A stretch of 62,956 nucleotides of DNA, filler included, from Stramenopiles sp. TOSAG23-6 (Eukaryota), in assembly GCA_900128565.1 (NCBI GenBank). It is 6 parts of 6 records of this genome, joined end to end, with 100 filler letters (N's around TTAATTAATTAA, not from the genome) between each part and the next. Parts side by side here need not be neighbours in the genome. Positions count along the whole stretch, not along the records: positions 49,296 to 61,450 come from LT636213.1; positions 61,551 to 62,956 come from LT639100.1; 4 more parts are not named here. One strand, given 5' to 3'. Below the pieces are notes generated by a model that did no database searches, was not told the origin of the DNA, and was given only the letters and a program-made list of their open reading frames with translations. Positions 51,444 through 62,956 of the stretch are shown here, one piece after another (positions within the stretch are counted from its first letter, which is position 1; every line of letters begins with the position of its first letter). The translations under genes were made by a program, and so were the position numbers.

Positions 51444-54400
51444 ATGTCGCAGCCGATGAAGCGAAGCTTAGATAGCGCAGAAAAAAATGAGCCACCTATA
51501 AAGCGCACGAGAATGACGTAAGTAAATTTTCTTAATTTTGTCCTTATTTGCCATCTTTTCTCCCCAGTAGCTTACGGAGGACTACTCACAAGTATTTTTG
51601 CTCGTCGTGACGAGTTTCATGCTACTACTGCATTCACATTGTATTCCCTCTCTCTCTTTATGCCTAGTGTTTTTCATTGATTATACTTTCTTGGCTTTAC
51701 AAATATTTCATCTTTCCTATCTTTGTGTTTGTTGAATCCCATACACTTTGTCCCCTGTTTTTGTCTCCCTATCAGTGATTTTCACGAAGAATTTCGAATG
51801 ATCATCACGCTTTTTTAACTACTTGTCATTATGCTTATCTCAGTAAGAAATATAGAGTTTCAACTAACTTTTTAATATATTTTTTATTACCGTGTCAACA
51901 GTGATGGGAAGTCTGTTGCTCCTACGAACGATACACTACCGCCTTTACCAAAAGGACCACCCCCAGCTGACCATGACGTACCAGCGAGCGGAAATATAAA
52001 TGGAAATACGCAGCAAGCTGAAACGAGTCCTGTTGAGATCACTAGTGTTTCGAATGTACCACCTCAGAAAGTTGAAGTCGAGAAAGCTCCACCTGCACCA
52101 GCGGACCTACCTCCGCCACCAGCCCTAACCCTACAACAACAACTTCAGCAGCAACAACAACTTCAGCAACAACAACAACAACAACAACAACAGCAAATGA
52201 TGCAACAACAGCAAATGATGCAAAATAATATGCAAAATATGATGCAACAACAAATTCAGCAACAACAACAGCAAATGATGCAACAGAACATGATGCAAAG
52301 TAATATGATGCAGCAAAATATGATGCAAAATTTAACTCCAGAACAACAGGAACATATGTTGAAACAACAGCAACATATGCAACAGCAAATGTTTTTGCAG
52401 CAACAGTCAGCAATGATGAATGATGTGACACCAATTTGTGTACAAACTAATCCCGCGCAACATCCTTATCGTCAATTAAAAGTAGAAGATGCACTGGAGT
52501 ATCTTGACAAGGTAAAAAAGCAATTTGGTCATATTCCAGAAATTTACAATCGATTTTTGGATATTATGAAAAACTTCAAAGCTCAAGCAATTGATACACC
52601 TGGTGTTATTGGACAAGTGTCAAAACTATTCCATGGACATAACAATTTAATTCTTGGCTTTAATACATTTTTACCTCCAGGGTTTAAAATTGAATTGCCG
52701 TCGCCACAAAATCATATGAATGCTGGTGCACAGCAAATTATGGGGATGCCAATGCAAGGCTTAGTTCAACCTGATTACATGATGAATCCAATGGAAAATA
52801 TGATGACTGATGGTAGTCAAGTAGCTAGTGGAACTCCTGCTCCACCTGCATTTGACAAAGCTGTTACTTATGTAACTCGTATAAAGGAGCGTTTTAGTGG
52901 TGATAATAGTGGGACTTATAAAGCATTTTTAGATATACTTCATACGTATCAAAAGGAACAACGGTCTATTAAGGATGTATTAGATAAAGTTGCCGACTTG
53001 TTCAAACATCATCCTGATCTTCTTGAGGAATTCACTTATTTCTTACCCGATGCGGTTCAAGATGAAGCTAAAGTAAGGTTACAACGTGCTGCCAGACAAA
53101 TTCGTGCGAGGATGGGTGAAGCGAACAAACGAACTAGTGATAGAGACCGCCGTCATCGACGTAAACATCTTGATGATGGATATCATTTACCTGAACCTGA
53201 ACGTCGTTTTTTTCAACGTGTGAAAAGTGCAATTGGTAAAGATCAGTGGGTTGAATTCATTAAATGTCTTGAATTGTTTTGTCAAGAAGTTATTAATCGT
53301 CAGGAATTATTAGATCTCGTGGGTGACTTATTTCGTGGTAAAAGTTCCGGCCTTTTGGAACAGTTCAAACGTGTCCTGGTCGAGCGTGGTGTTGTGGAAA
53401 CCCCAATGGAAGAGGTATGGTTTTCAATGCCATTATCAGAAATTGATTTCAATAATTGTCAATCATGTACTCCTTCGTACAGGGCTCTTCCAGAAGGTTA
53501 TCCAATTCCTGTGTGCTCCGATCGTACTCCTGAAATGATGCCCTTTTTCAATGATTGTTGGGTGTCTGTACCAACAGGAAGTGAAGATTTTGCATTTAAG
53601 AATTCTCGGAAAAATGTGTATGAGGAAGCTCTATTCAGGTGTGAAGATGAAAGATATGAAATTGATATGGTGATTGAAGCAAATCTTGCAACGATTCGTC
53701 TTTTGGAACCACTTGCGCTTGACATACAAGAAATGCGAGAAAAAGACAAGGCAAATTCTGGTGAAAGTTCTGGTCAATTGCAATATCGTTTAGATCGTCG
53801 TACCTTATCTGTGACTCATCTTAAAGCTATTGCTCGAATTTATGCTGATCATGGACACGAAATACTTGAACTTCTGCGTAAAAACCCTGCTGGTGCAATC
53901 CCTATTGTATTGAAGAGATTGAAACAGAAAGATGTCGAATGGAAGCGAGTTCGTAAAGAGTTGGAAAATGGATGGCGTGAAGTATTGAAGAAAAACTATG
54001 CTAAATCTTTGGATCATAGATCATTTTACTTCCGGCAACAAGATAAGAAACAAGTAACTACAAAATATATGCTATCGGATCTAAAGAGTAAAAGTGACCG
54101 ACAAGATAAACGTCGACGTCGTGAAAACCGCCGAGCTTCTGAAGGCACCGACGCAGAAGGTGAATCTTCTGCGTTAGACTTGGATAATACAGATGAAGAT
54201 GCATCAGCTTCAGCATCAGGTGTGAATAACTCCGAAGTTGAAAAGGATATGTCTTCTTCTGGTAGTCCTCTTATTGATATCGCAGCTATTTGTATTGATC
54301 CTGAAAAGCCTCACTTTTCTGTGAAATTACCAGATTTCTCCGTTCATAGAGACGTTTATGCTTTACTTCGCCATGGAACACTTAAAATGGGTTCTTTGCC

Positions 54401-55823
54401 AGTTGAAGGTAAGAAAAAAGTAGCAGAACTCTGGCGGACGTTTGTCCAACCTTTACTTGGCTTTCCCATTAAAATGATTGATGATAAATTTGCTCTCTCT
54501 ATTTCTAGAGCAAAGCCAAAGAAGACCGAACGTGTGAACTCTGGTGATTTCGTGTTGGGTAATGATATAAATACTTCATTTGGTGAAGGTAAGGTTAGCG
54601 GTGGACGTCGAACTTCTTTTGGCTCTATTATTGATGTAAAACTTCCATATGGTAGTGCTTTTGTCAATAAAGACAAAGTAGCTTCTTCTGGTGACAAAGA
54701 AGATCAAGGTATAGCTCAAGAAGAATCTGGTAGTGGAAATGAGGACGAATCGAGTGATGAAAATGATTCGATGTTTTTGACGACTGAAGAATTAAAAGCT
54801 GCGTGGAAAATTGGAAATGTTCAGAAACCACATCGGCGCTCCGTGTACGGCAATTCGACACTTTATTTATTTGTGCGTTTGTATTATGTGCTATATGATC
54901 GTATCTCTAAAGCAAAACAGTTGTGTTCTGAACAAAGAAAGAACTCGCGTAATTTTGTGTTGCATCCGATTGAAGAAGTTAAATCTGAAAAGTGGTTATT
55001 GGAGCATAAGAAAAACAGTTATTCTGACTATACTTCATTTTTGACATCAGTGTGTAATTTATTGGATGGTACTATTGGAACTACAGAATTTGAAGGAACA
55101 TTAAAGAACACGATGGGATCCGGTTCTTTTGTCCTTTTTACCGTTGACAAATTAATTCAATCTACACTGAAGCAATTACATTCTCTTGCCACTGGTGAAA
55201 AACAGTCAAATGAAATTGAACTTGCAAGATCGGAGGGAATTACTTCGCCATATAATAGCAACGAATCATATCGTGCCGCAGCTAGTAGATTACTTGAAAA
55301 CCAAGAAGAAGATGCTTATAGACTTGATATTACTGATGGTGTTGCAGCAAAAGAGGGTGAAGAATCTGTTGAAGGAGATGTCTATCCATTATTGCAAAAA
55401 CAGAAATTGAAAGCTGGCCTTCCACAACCATTACCAGATGAATTCGGACCAAAGTATGGTTGGCGTGAACCACCAACTATTTCATTTTGGTATAAGCCAT
55501 TTACGACTGGTCGGCAACCTAAGCCGAAGGAAAAGAAAGACAGTGATACTGGAACTGGAACTGGAACCGAAAAAGAGAAAGATAATGCAACTAGAACTTC
55601 AAGTGATTTAGATAAAGATGAGACTACCAATGTTTCTTCATCCGAAAGTGCTTTACTTAAATTTGGATCATCACCTACAAAGAATTCAGCGACAAGTATG
55701 GATGTTGATGAATCTAAAGAAGTTGAGAAAGATACGAAATCTGAGAAACCTGAAAGAACAGGACCAACTAGACGTCCACGCCGTGGTGCAGCTGTTCAGG
55801 CATCACAAAAGATGAGGAAATAA
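51444..55823 (+). CDS. SIN3: SIN3 transcriptional corepressor; 2 exons
   Basis: PAH domains (LKVEDALEYLDKVK, LILGFNTFLP), HID (CTPSYRALP, EEALFRCEDERYE), KSLDHRSFYF; 5' exon joined through 51518-51901. Confidence 0.95.
51518..51901 (+). other. Canonical GT-AG intron
   Basis: AC|GTAAGT, ACTAAC near 51863, CAACAG|T; phase 2 in frame. Confidence 0.85.
52134..52405 (+). repeat. Poly-Q / QM-rich low-complexity coding tract
   Basis: CAA/CAG runs and ATGATGCAA units. Confidence 0.9.
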
Positions 55824-56201
55824 TAAGAGTGGCTTTTTCATTTCTTAACATGAAAAAATGTACATAAAATGTCTGCTATAAAAGCTTTAAATGAGTTTGG
55901 CTTTGCCGTGTAAATAGCTTATTCTTATGACAATATCCGATTAAAATTTAATAGTCAAGTGAATTTGATGAATAGTGAATTTGATGAATAGTTTAATGTT
56001 ATTGATAAAATAATCTTTCAACGCCTTTTTTTAAATTTTTTCACGAAATTATTAGCTATATATTATAGCTATTATAATATATCAAAAAATGTTTGGTACC
56101 GGGTAACGCTTCGAGTCAGTTCAGAGTTCCAAATTGTATGACTGGAAGTATACACAGTATTTCCATAGTGCCGTAGTTTCTAACGAAAACATACAATCGG
56201 T

Positions 56202-57197
56202 ATGACCACTAAAGCTCAGGACATAGCCACTGCCGTATTTTCGGGTGCATCTATACATCACGCTGAAGAGCGTGAGGATGATCTTGAGTACGACTTGGGA
56301 AACCTTGCTGCTTTTGACGCCCATCCTGTTGACGCTTCAAAAGTTGTAGGGGTGAAAATCTCGAAACGTGAGAAATATTTACGCAAACTCTCGACTAAAA
56401 ATGTGCAGCTACTTATCAAGCACATATTTGCACTTGAATCTAAGAGTGGTGAATTTGCTATGATGGCTCAGCTTCCAAAACCCGAGACTAAATTACCTCG
56501 TGAGAAACACGTTCCCGCCAACGCGGACCTCACCAAATGGCAACAGTTTGCAAAAGAAAAAGGAATTCTCAACCGTAAGCGTAGTCGCATGGTTTTCGAC
56601 GAAATTTCACAGACATGGCGTCCGCGGTATGGTTATAAACGTGATGCTGAAGTGAAGGATTGGCTGATTGAAGTTGAAGACCATGAAGATATTTATACTG
56701 ATAAGTTTGCAGAGAAAAAGTTGGCTAAAAAAAAACGCGTTCTTAAGAATCAGATGGCACAACTTTCTAACTTGGAGCGTGCTGAGAAAGCGAAGCTCGC
56801 CGCTAATAAAAATACTTTGACTGCATCACGTATGCCTGCTGGTGTTGCTTCAACATTAGGCATGGGGCGTCCTGTCAAAGGAGCTCGCGGGAATAGTGCG
56901 AAACGAGGAATGATGTCCTCTAAAGCGGCACTTGGGAAAGCCTCAGTTTCGACTGCCTCTTTAGGTCAATTTGATAATATTCTAGACGGGGAAGCTCCAC
57001 GTAAGATAGGTAAAAGAAGACGGTTTCTTGATAGTAATTCTAGTACAAAGGAACGCGATTTACAATTGATGCAACTTGCTGTTAGTGGAAAGACTGGTAA
57101 CCGAGCTAGCATCAAAGACAAACGTAAATTAAAAGCTGGGGGAGTTAGAAAATCTAGAAAAAAGATGAAGAAAATGAAGAGTTCTAAACAGCGATAA
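56202..57197 (+). CDS. RRS1: Ribosome biogenesis regulatory protein RRS1
   Basis: YDLGNLAAFD, LPREKHVP, TKWQQFAKEKGI, WRPRYGYK. Confidence 0.93.
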   Translation: MTTKAQDIATAVFSGASIHHAEEREDDLEYDLGNLAAFDAHPVDASKVVGVKISKREKYLRKLSTKNVQLLIKHIFALESKSGEFAMMAQLPKPETKLPREKHVPANADLTKWQQFAKEKGILNRKRSRMVFDEISQTWRPRYGYKRDAEVKDWLIEVEDHEDIYTDKFAEKKLAKKKRVLKNQMAQLSNLERAEKAKLAANKNTLTASRMPAGVASTLGMGRPVKGARGNSAKRGMMSSKAALGKASVSTASLGQFDNILDGEAPRKIGKRRRFLDSNSSTKERDLQLMQLAVSGKTGNRASIKDKRKLKAGGVRKSRKKMKKMKSSKQR

Positions 57198-57514
57198 ATA
57201 GATATAATTTGTATACTAACAATGAAAATGTGCTATGGAGCAGTTTTTGTTATTTATTATATATTAAATAACTCTTTTTGTATTAGCTTAGCCTAGCTAG
57301 CACCCATTGTTTTTTTTTTATTTATTTCATTAGGTACCGTTAGATGCGGAAATTATTTGCATCAACAAAAAGTGCAAATCGACACGAAAAATAAAATAAC
57401 TGCAAACTATAGTTTTCTTTTGATTGATGTTAACTGCCATCAGCATTAAAATGTACTACTAGCTAGCTGATAGAAATCATCTGCGAGAGTTTCTTGTCAA
57501 GCATATCTGCAACT

Positions 57515-58994
57515 ATGAGTACAAATGGAGTTGTTCTTAAAGTGAAAGAAGCCACATTTTTTGCGATATGTATTGTAGGTTTCATCATTCGGAATCTAGT
57601 AGCACGGCAAACAAAAAAACAAAAAATTTCATGTATTGCTACATGGCGATTTGGAAGTATAGCTGTTGAAGCGGCTGCAAAGAAGCTTTGTGATGGGGGT
57701 TCTGCTTTAGATGCGGTTGAAATTGGCACACGTGCTGTGGAGTTATTATCTTTAGAAGAAAATGCTCAACAACTTTGTGTTGGTTGGCGTGGAAATCCAA
57801 GGTCGGATGGTAGAATGTATTATGATAGTGCAATCATGTGTGGGAAAACACATAGATATGGTGCTGTGATGTCAATGCCAAAGTGTAGTACTCCTGTTCA
57901 AGTTGCGCGAAGTGTTTTGCAAAATTCTCCACATAATGTTTTTGTTGGTGAAGGAGCCTTGAGATTTGCACAAGAATGTAGTGCTAACACTCTTACAATC
58001 ACCGATAAGCTGCATCCAAAAAGTCGTATAGAGTATAACCAGTGGAAAAAAAAACTCCAAAAGGGCAAAACTAGCAAGAATGTTCCACTTGGTCAGGGTG
58101 CACATTCTAATCAGAAGAAAGCATCGTCATTTCAACATGATACCGTTGGTGTGATTTGTTTAGATAGAAATGGAGATCTTGCTGTCGCTACTTCGACTTC
58201 AGGCTGGGCGTTTGTACGTGAAGTTCACGTTTTTCATCATGAATTTTAAATTTGTTTTTTTTTTTGGTACGAAATTTTGTACCTAAATATATATACTTTT
58301 TTTTTACATAAATATTTTTCACAATTTTTGCACCTCCTGGACGAGTTGGTGATGCTCCTCTGATAGGTGCTGGTTTATATGTAGATAATGATGTTGGTGC
58401 TGCTGTAACAACTGGAGATGGTGAAGAAATTATGAAACATTGTACGTCTTTCTTTCAGTATGATTTTTTTCCAATTGGATTTTTTTTGTACCAAAATTTG
58501 TACCTAACAAAAAAAATCAAATTTTTGAAATATTGTCTGACAATACATGTCTGTCGTTTCTTGTTGTTGAATTAATGCGGGGAAATAAAGAAACAAATTC
58601 TATATCACCTCAAGAAGCTTGTCAACTTGGATTGTTTCGAATGTTGCAAAAAGTTTCTCCTGAAATAAGAAAAAAATGTACAGTTGGTGTAATTGCAATG
58701 AATACGAGAGGTCTTTCAGGTGCCGCGAGTACAATATCTTCTACAAATCCGCATTTCCAAGAAGCTGCTAATGTACGTTTTATTTTTTTTTCAAATTTAT
58801 ATTTTTTTTTTTATAAAAATTTTGTACCTAACGATTTCAAATGTTTGAAATATTTTTTTACAAAACAGAAAGATCCTTTTTCTTTTGAATGGGCAAAATA
58901 TACTAAAATTATTAGTAAAGATGAAAATCCATTGTATGAAAAAGCAGATCTTATTTTTGAAAATGTACTAAACCCTGTTTTATTTAACCCATAA
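57515..58994 (+). CDS. Glycosylasparaginase / type-2 asparaginase (Ntn hydrolase); 4 exons
   Basis: [48 protein letters not shown]. Confidence 0.9.
58214..58329 (+). mobile_element. Introner-like intron GT-TT
   Basis: TTT|GTACGT...CAATTTTT|GCA restores [13 protein letters not shown] spacing. Confidence 0.8.
58442..58548 (+). mobile_element. Introner-like intron GT-AT
   Basis: Restores [15 protein letters not shown]. Confidence 0.88.
58773..58868 (+). mobile_element. Introner-like intron GT-AG, 96 nt, in frame
   Basis: AAT|GTACGT...AAAACAG|AAA. Confidence 0.8.
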
Positions 58995-59453
58995 AGAAGA
59001 TAATATGGCTATCAAAAAAACGATAAATCTATTAATTAATAATCAAAAATATTTCAGTACAAAATTTCGTAATGTTTTCTTTTAATATTTTATTATTTCT
59101 TGCTACTCTTCTGTCGGATATGAACATTTGCTTGACACATACGCAGAACGAAACTTAGTTCGATTTACTCAAGTTTGTGACACTATCTGTACTACTATAA
59201 TTTTCCATACCTTGGAAATGTATATACAATACAAGTTTCGTAGCATTAAAGTTGCCACTAGCAGATTCGCGTGCACCATAGCCCTAACCCTAGCTAATAA
59301 TACCGTGACTCGAGTCCATCGATATCTTTGTAACCGTTTGAGATTTATTTTTGACACTTCTTATGACTTAGTAGTACTACTTATACTCTATGCGACGCGT
59401 CATGGAAGTTTTCATCTCCATCTCAAAGAAAATGGGAATGAATAATCAGTAAA

Positions 59454-61114
59454 ATGTCTGACGTTGTAAATGAATTTCCAGTATTAGCTATGCTTAATCA
59501 ATCGCAGCATAGTTCTATGGGTAAAAAAGAAAAAAAATCTAAAGTGATTGGACTCGCACAATTTGCTAGTGCCAAAAATAGAAACACTACTCCGCAGACG
59601 AACCTGTCTTTACAAGATCGATTACAGAAAAAAATGTCTGGTTATGGAAGTACACTGTCTCTGGAATCGGAAAATATCTGTGATAGTGGTGTAGCTCTGT
59701 TAGTCGAAAAAAGTGAAAAGCTACAACGATTTGACTCAATCAATTTAAAGTCTAACTCTATTAGCTCCACAGGGGCAACATCAATTTCGGAAATTATNAA
59801 AAAAAANANAANAAACTTACGTGCCTCAATTTAGAGTATAACAGTATTACTTCCCAGGGAATTTCACGTATTGTAAATGCGATTCTCGAAAATCCTTATG
59901 AGAGAAAACTAAAACCAGTTGAAGTTGCTGCTGATTTAAAGAATAATATAGTGAATAGTGCCTTGACTGAACTTAACATTAGTAGTAATGGAATCGGTGA
60001 AGAGGGTGCCCAAAGTCTTGCGTTATTACTCGATGGAAGCAAGTTAAAAAAAACTAAAAAAAATGAAAAACAGAAAAACAAAATGAATAGTAAAGGTGAA
60101 AACGGAAAGACAAATCTGAAATATTTAGATGCAGCATATTGCAGCATGGGTTTTAATGGTGCAACAATACTCGCGAAAGCTCTTGAAAAAAACAAATGCT
60201 TATTGCGCCTCAATATTAGTTGGAATGGAATTGGATTTACTGGAGCTGAAGCAATTGCTATTGCACTCGGAAATAATCCAAGATCTTGTCTGACAAATCT
60301 AAATCTGAAAGGAAATAGCATTGGTGATAGAGGAGTACAGGCAATAGCAAAATCAATTATAGACCAACATAATAGTTCTCTTGCATGTATTAATCTTGAA
60401 TGGAATAATGTTGGTAATGATGGTGCGATATCATTGGCTGAACTAATTTGCACAAACCGAACTCTTCAACGTATTCAACTTGCACGCAACTGCATTTGTG
60501 ATGCTGGAGTTCAAGCTTTAAGAGATGCTATGAGCAATAACGAAACCATTACGACTTTATCCTTACATGAAAATATGATGAATGAAGAATCTCATGCAGA
60601 TATTTTGAAAGTAACAGATGCAAATCGGGAAAAGCGAAAAGGAAAATCTCTGAAACGCTTAAAAAGAAGAGCTTTCATGGTGAGTTTATTACAAAATAGT
60701 ATTCGATCAATGACCATCGGAAAAGAGAAAAAAGAACATGAAAAACATGTAGAAACCACTTCAAGATACGAGAAAATAAAATATGTTGCAATGGGATATA
60801 AAGAAACTGGTAGAATTGTATCTAACACAATTAAGGAAGAAAATGTAGTTAATCGCACTAAATTGTTACCTTGTATAGTAAAATCGAAGAAAACGAAGAA
60901 GAAATATTCACAGCCTATGGCCAATCATAAAAAAGAGGAAAAGGTTCAACGTTGTTACAATTTTACACCACATCGATTAGATCAAAGTAATCAAGATTCA
61001 TTGAAAAATGATAACATTCTTGATAATCTTCGGAAATTGCATGAGCTAAAAGTTGTAGAAGCAATTACGCAAGAAGAATTTATCTTATTAAAAGAAAAGA
61101 TATTAAAAGTGTGA
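59454..61114 (+). CDS. RI-like leucine-rich repeat protein with C-terminal SHOCT-like motif
   Basis: LxxLNLxxNxIGxxG repeats; LRKLHELK..AITQEEF..LKEKIL; frame break at N bases near 59800. Confidence 0.82.
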
Positions 61115-61245
61115 TTCACTTGAAGATTTTATAAGATGAAATAAATTATATAAATATGAACTATGACTTCTATGATGTTTATTAACTTTCTTCTTCGCTA
61201 ACATCTCAACTGCTTCCACTGTCTGTGTTTTTGTTGTGTTCTTTT

Positions 61246-61450
61246 TCATTCATCCGAATCTTCTTTACTTCTAGATGTATCTTCAGCATCTTCGCCACCT
61301 TCAGATTCACCATCATCTTGTTCGTCTTCAGATGTATCATCATCATCTTCGCCACCTTCAGGTGTACCATCAGCATCTTCGCCACCTTCAGATTCACCAT
61401 CATCTTCGCCACCTTCAGATTCACCATCAGCTTCACCATCATCATCTTCA
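61246..61450 (-). CDS. Acidic D/E/G-rich repetitive C-terminus of a truncated gene
   Basis: Frame reading (DGESEGGED)n...SKEDSDE*; 24-27 bp repeats. Confidence 0.55.
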
Positions 61451-61550
61451 NNNNNNNNNNNNNNNNNNNNNNNNNNNNNNNNNNNNNNNNNNNNTTAATT
61501 AATTAANNNNNNNNNNNNNNNNNNNNNNNNNNNNNNNNNNNNNNNNNNNN
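61451..61550. other. Artificial contig linker
   Basis: N-TTAATTAATTAA-N. Confidence 0.97.
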
Positions 61551-61613
61551 TTTTCGTACGAAATTTTGTACCTAACGAATTTTACAAAAAAAAAATATTT
61601 TTTCACAATACAT
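61551..61613 (+). mobile_element. Introner-like intron, 3' part ending AT
   Basis: Core plus CACAATACAT. Confidence 0.82.
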
Positions 61614-62312
61614 ATAGAGTATAAATCTCAATTTTATTACTTTGAAATTTATGATTATTTTCGTAAATTATTATTGACAGTTTCTGTAGCAGGGGTTTCA
61701 AATGAAAGTTATGATCAAATATTTTTTTCATTAGTTTGTGTAATACTTATGGTTGTGATGTAGGTTATTTTTTTATGTTTTGAAAAAAAAAAAATTTGAA
61801 TTTTTTTTTTTTTTGAAATTTTTTTTTGAATTTTTTTTTTGAAAATTTTTACTAAAAAAAAAAAAATATATATATATATATATATGTTTTCACAATACAG
61901 ACATATTACAGTACAACCATATGCACTACAATCAATGAATGTGTTTGCATTTATTACAATGATTGCATACATTTTTGTGTTGTTGATTACTTTATTAATG
62001 AAAAAAATAGGAAATACAAAAGCAGAATTTGTAGGTTTTTAGTATGAAATTTTGTACCTAACAAAATTTTTTTGTTTTTTTGAAATTTTTTTTTTTTTTG
62101 AAAATTTTTTTTTTGTTTTTTTTTTACTATGAATATTCAACAAAAATTGATTCTTTTTTTTTAAATCCTATATAGTATGTACATATCTAACATTATAAAC
62201 ACAAACATATTTATCACTTTTTAGAGTGTAGCAACAACAATACTGAATACATCAACAAATTTAGATGTGAATGATGTATGTTTTATTTATTTTTTTTTTA
62301 AATTTGAAATTG

Positions 62313-62343
<31 letters not shown>

Positions 62344-62842
62344 NNNNNNNNNNNNNNNNNNNNNNNNNNNNNNNNNNNNNNNNNNNNNNNNNTTTTTTTG
62401 AAATATTTTTCCAAAATACATAGTCATATGATTGTTCCAAATGTCAGTATTGAATCCTCAATTTCTAATTTATGTGGATTAGTATTAGTTTTTGTCATTT
62501 CGGCAATTTTATTATTATTTGTTTTTCTTGTTACTTGCCATATTTTAGGTATTAAAATACCATTTACAGTATTTAGTGATATTGAAATTATAAGTGGTGG
62601 TGTATGTCAATTTTCAATTTCGATTTTTTTTTTTTGGTTTTCGTACGAAATTTTGTACCTAACAAATTTTTTTTTTTTTCAATTTCAACATATTTTTCAC
62701 AATATTGGAAGGCTTAAGTAAAATGTCATCTGAATATGAAATGGAAAAAGCATTGCCACGTGTCACATCAGTTGGTTCACAAACACAAGGTGATCCACAT
62801 CCTGATCAATTACTCTCTGAAAATAAAGCAACAGCTGATATG
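61614..62842 (+). CDS. Fragment of a multi-pass membrane protein, intron-rich
   Basis: EYKSQFYYFEIYDYFRKLLL, HITVQPY and hydrophobic helices; exons separated by element copies; one junction crosses an N gap. Confidence 0.6.
61760..61900 (+). mobile_element. Degenerate introner-like intron GT-AG
   Basis: AT|GTAGGT...CACAATACAG|A; in frame. Confidence 0.7.
62276..62421 (+). mobile_element. Introner-like intron GT-AT spanning an N gap
   Basis: GAT|GTATGT...CCAAAATACAT. Confidence 0.65.
62602..62707 (+). mobile_element. Introner-like intron, apparent GT-TG
   Basis: GTATGT, full core, CACAATATTG|GAA; next exon open in phase 0. Confidence 0.6.
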
Positions 62843-62956
62843 GTACGTTTTCAAAAATTTTAAAAATTTTTAAAAATTTTTGAATTTTTTTACGAAATTT
62901 TTTTTTTTTTTTTTTTAAAATTTTTTTACGAAATTTTTTTTTTTTTTTAAAATTTT

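Noticed and set aside
1-62956. Autonomous transposase or reverse transcriptase for the element; tRNA, rRNA or snRNA genes
   Set aside because: No ORF with recognisable DDE, RT or recombinase motifs, and no structured RNA gene I could support by eye.

Overview
AT-rich, gene-dense eukaryotic (protist-like, flagellate: BBIP1, CEP44, katanin) genomic DNA made of six contigs joined by artificial N-TTAATTAATTAA-N linkers. About 30 protein-coding genes or fragments are present, including ATCase, argininosuccinate lyase, a giant HECT E3, an SOS1/SLC9C-like Na+/H+ exchanger, a DHHC enzyme, a PRMT-like enzyme, a katanin-like AAA, NOP2, an Asp racemase, the DNA-PKcs N-terminus, DDX24, OPA3, CEP44, SIN3, RRS1 and a glycosylasparaginase. 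The dominant signal is a family of about 45 related ~90-120 nt introner-like elements interrupting coding exons. Consensus: GTAYGTTTT...TTTCGTACGAAATTTTGTACCTAAC...AAATATTTTT..AATAC-NN. Restoring conserved protein motifs forces a GT donor and a mostly non-AG acceptor (my count: about 29 AT, 3 AG, 2 TT, 1 AC, 1 TG). The terminal dinucleotide usually duplicates the last 2 nt of the upstream exon, like a target-site duplication. Ordinary GT-AG introns coexist. All splice calls are inferred from reading frame and remembered protein motifs, not from transcripts.
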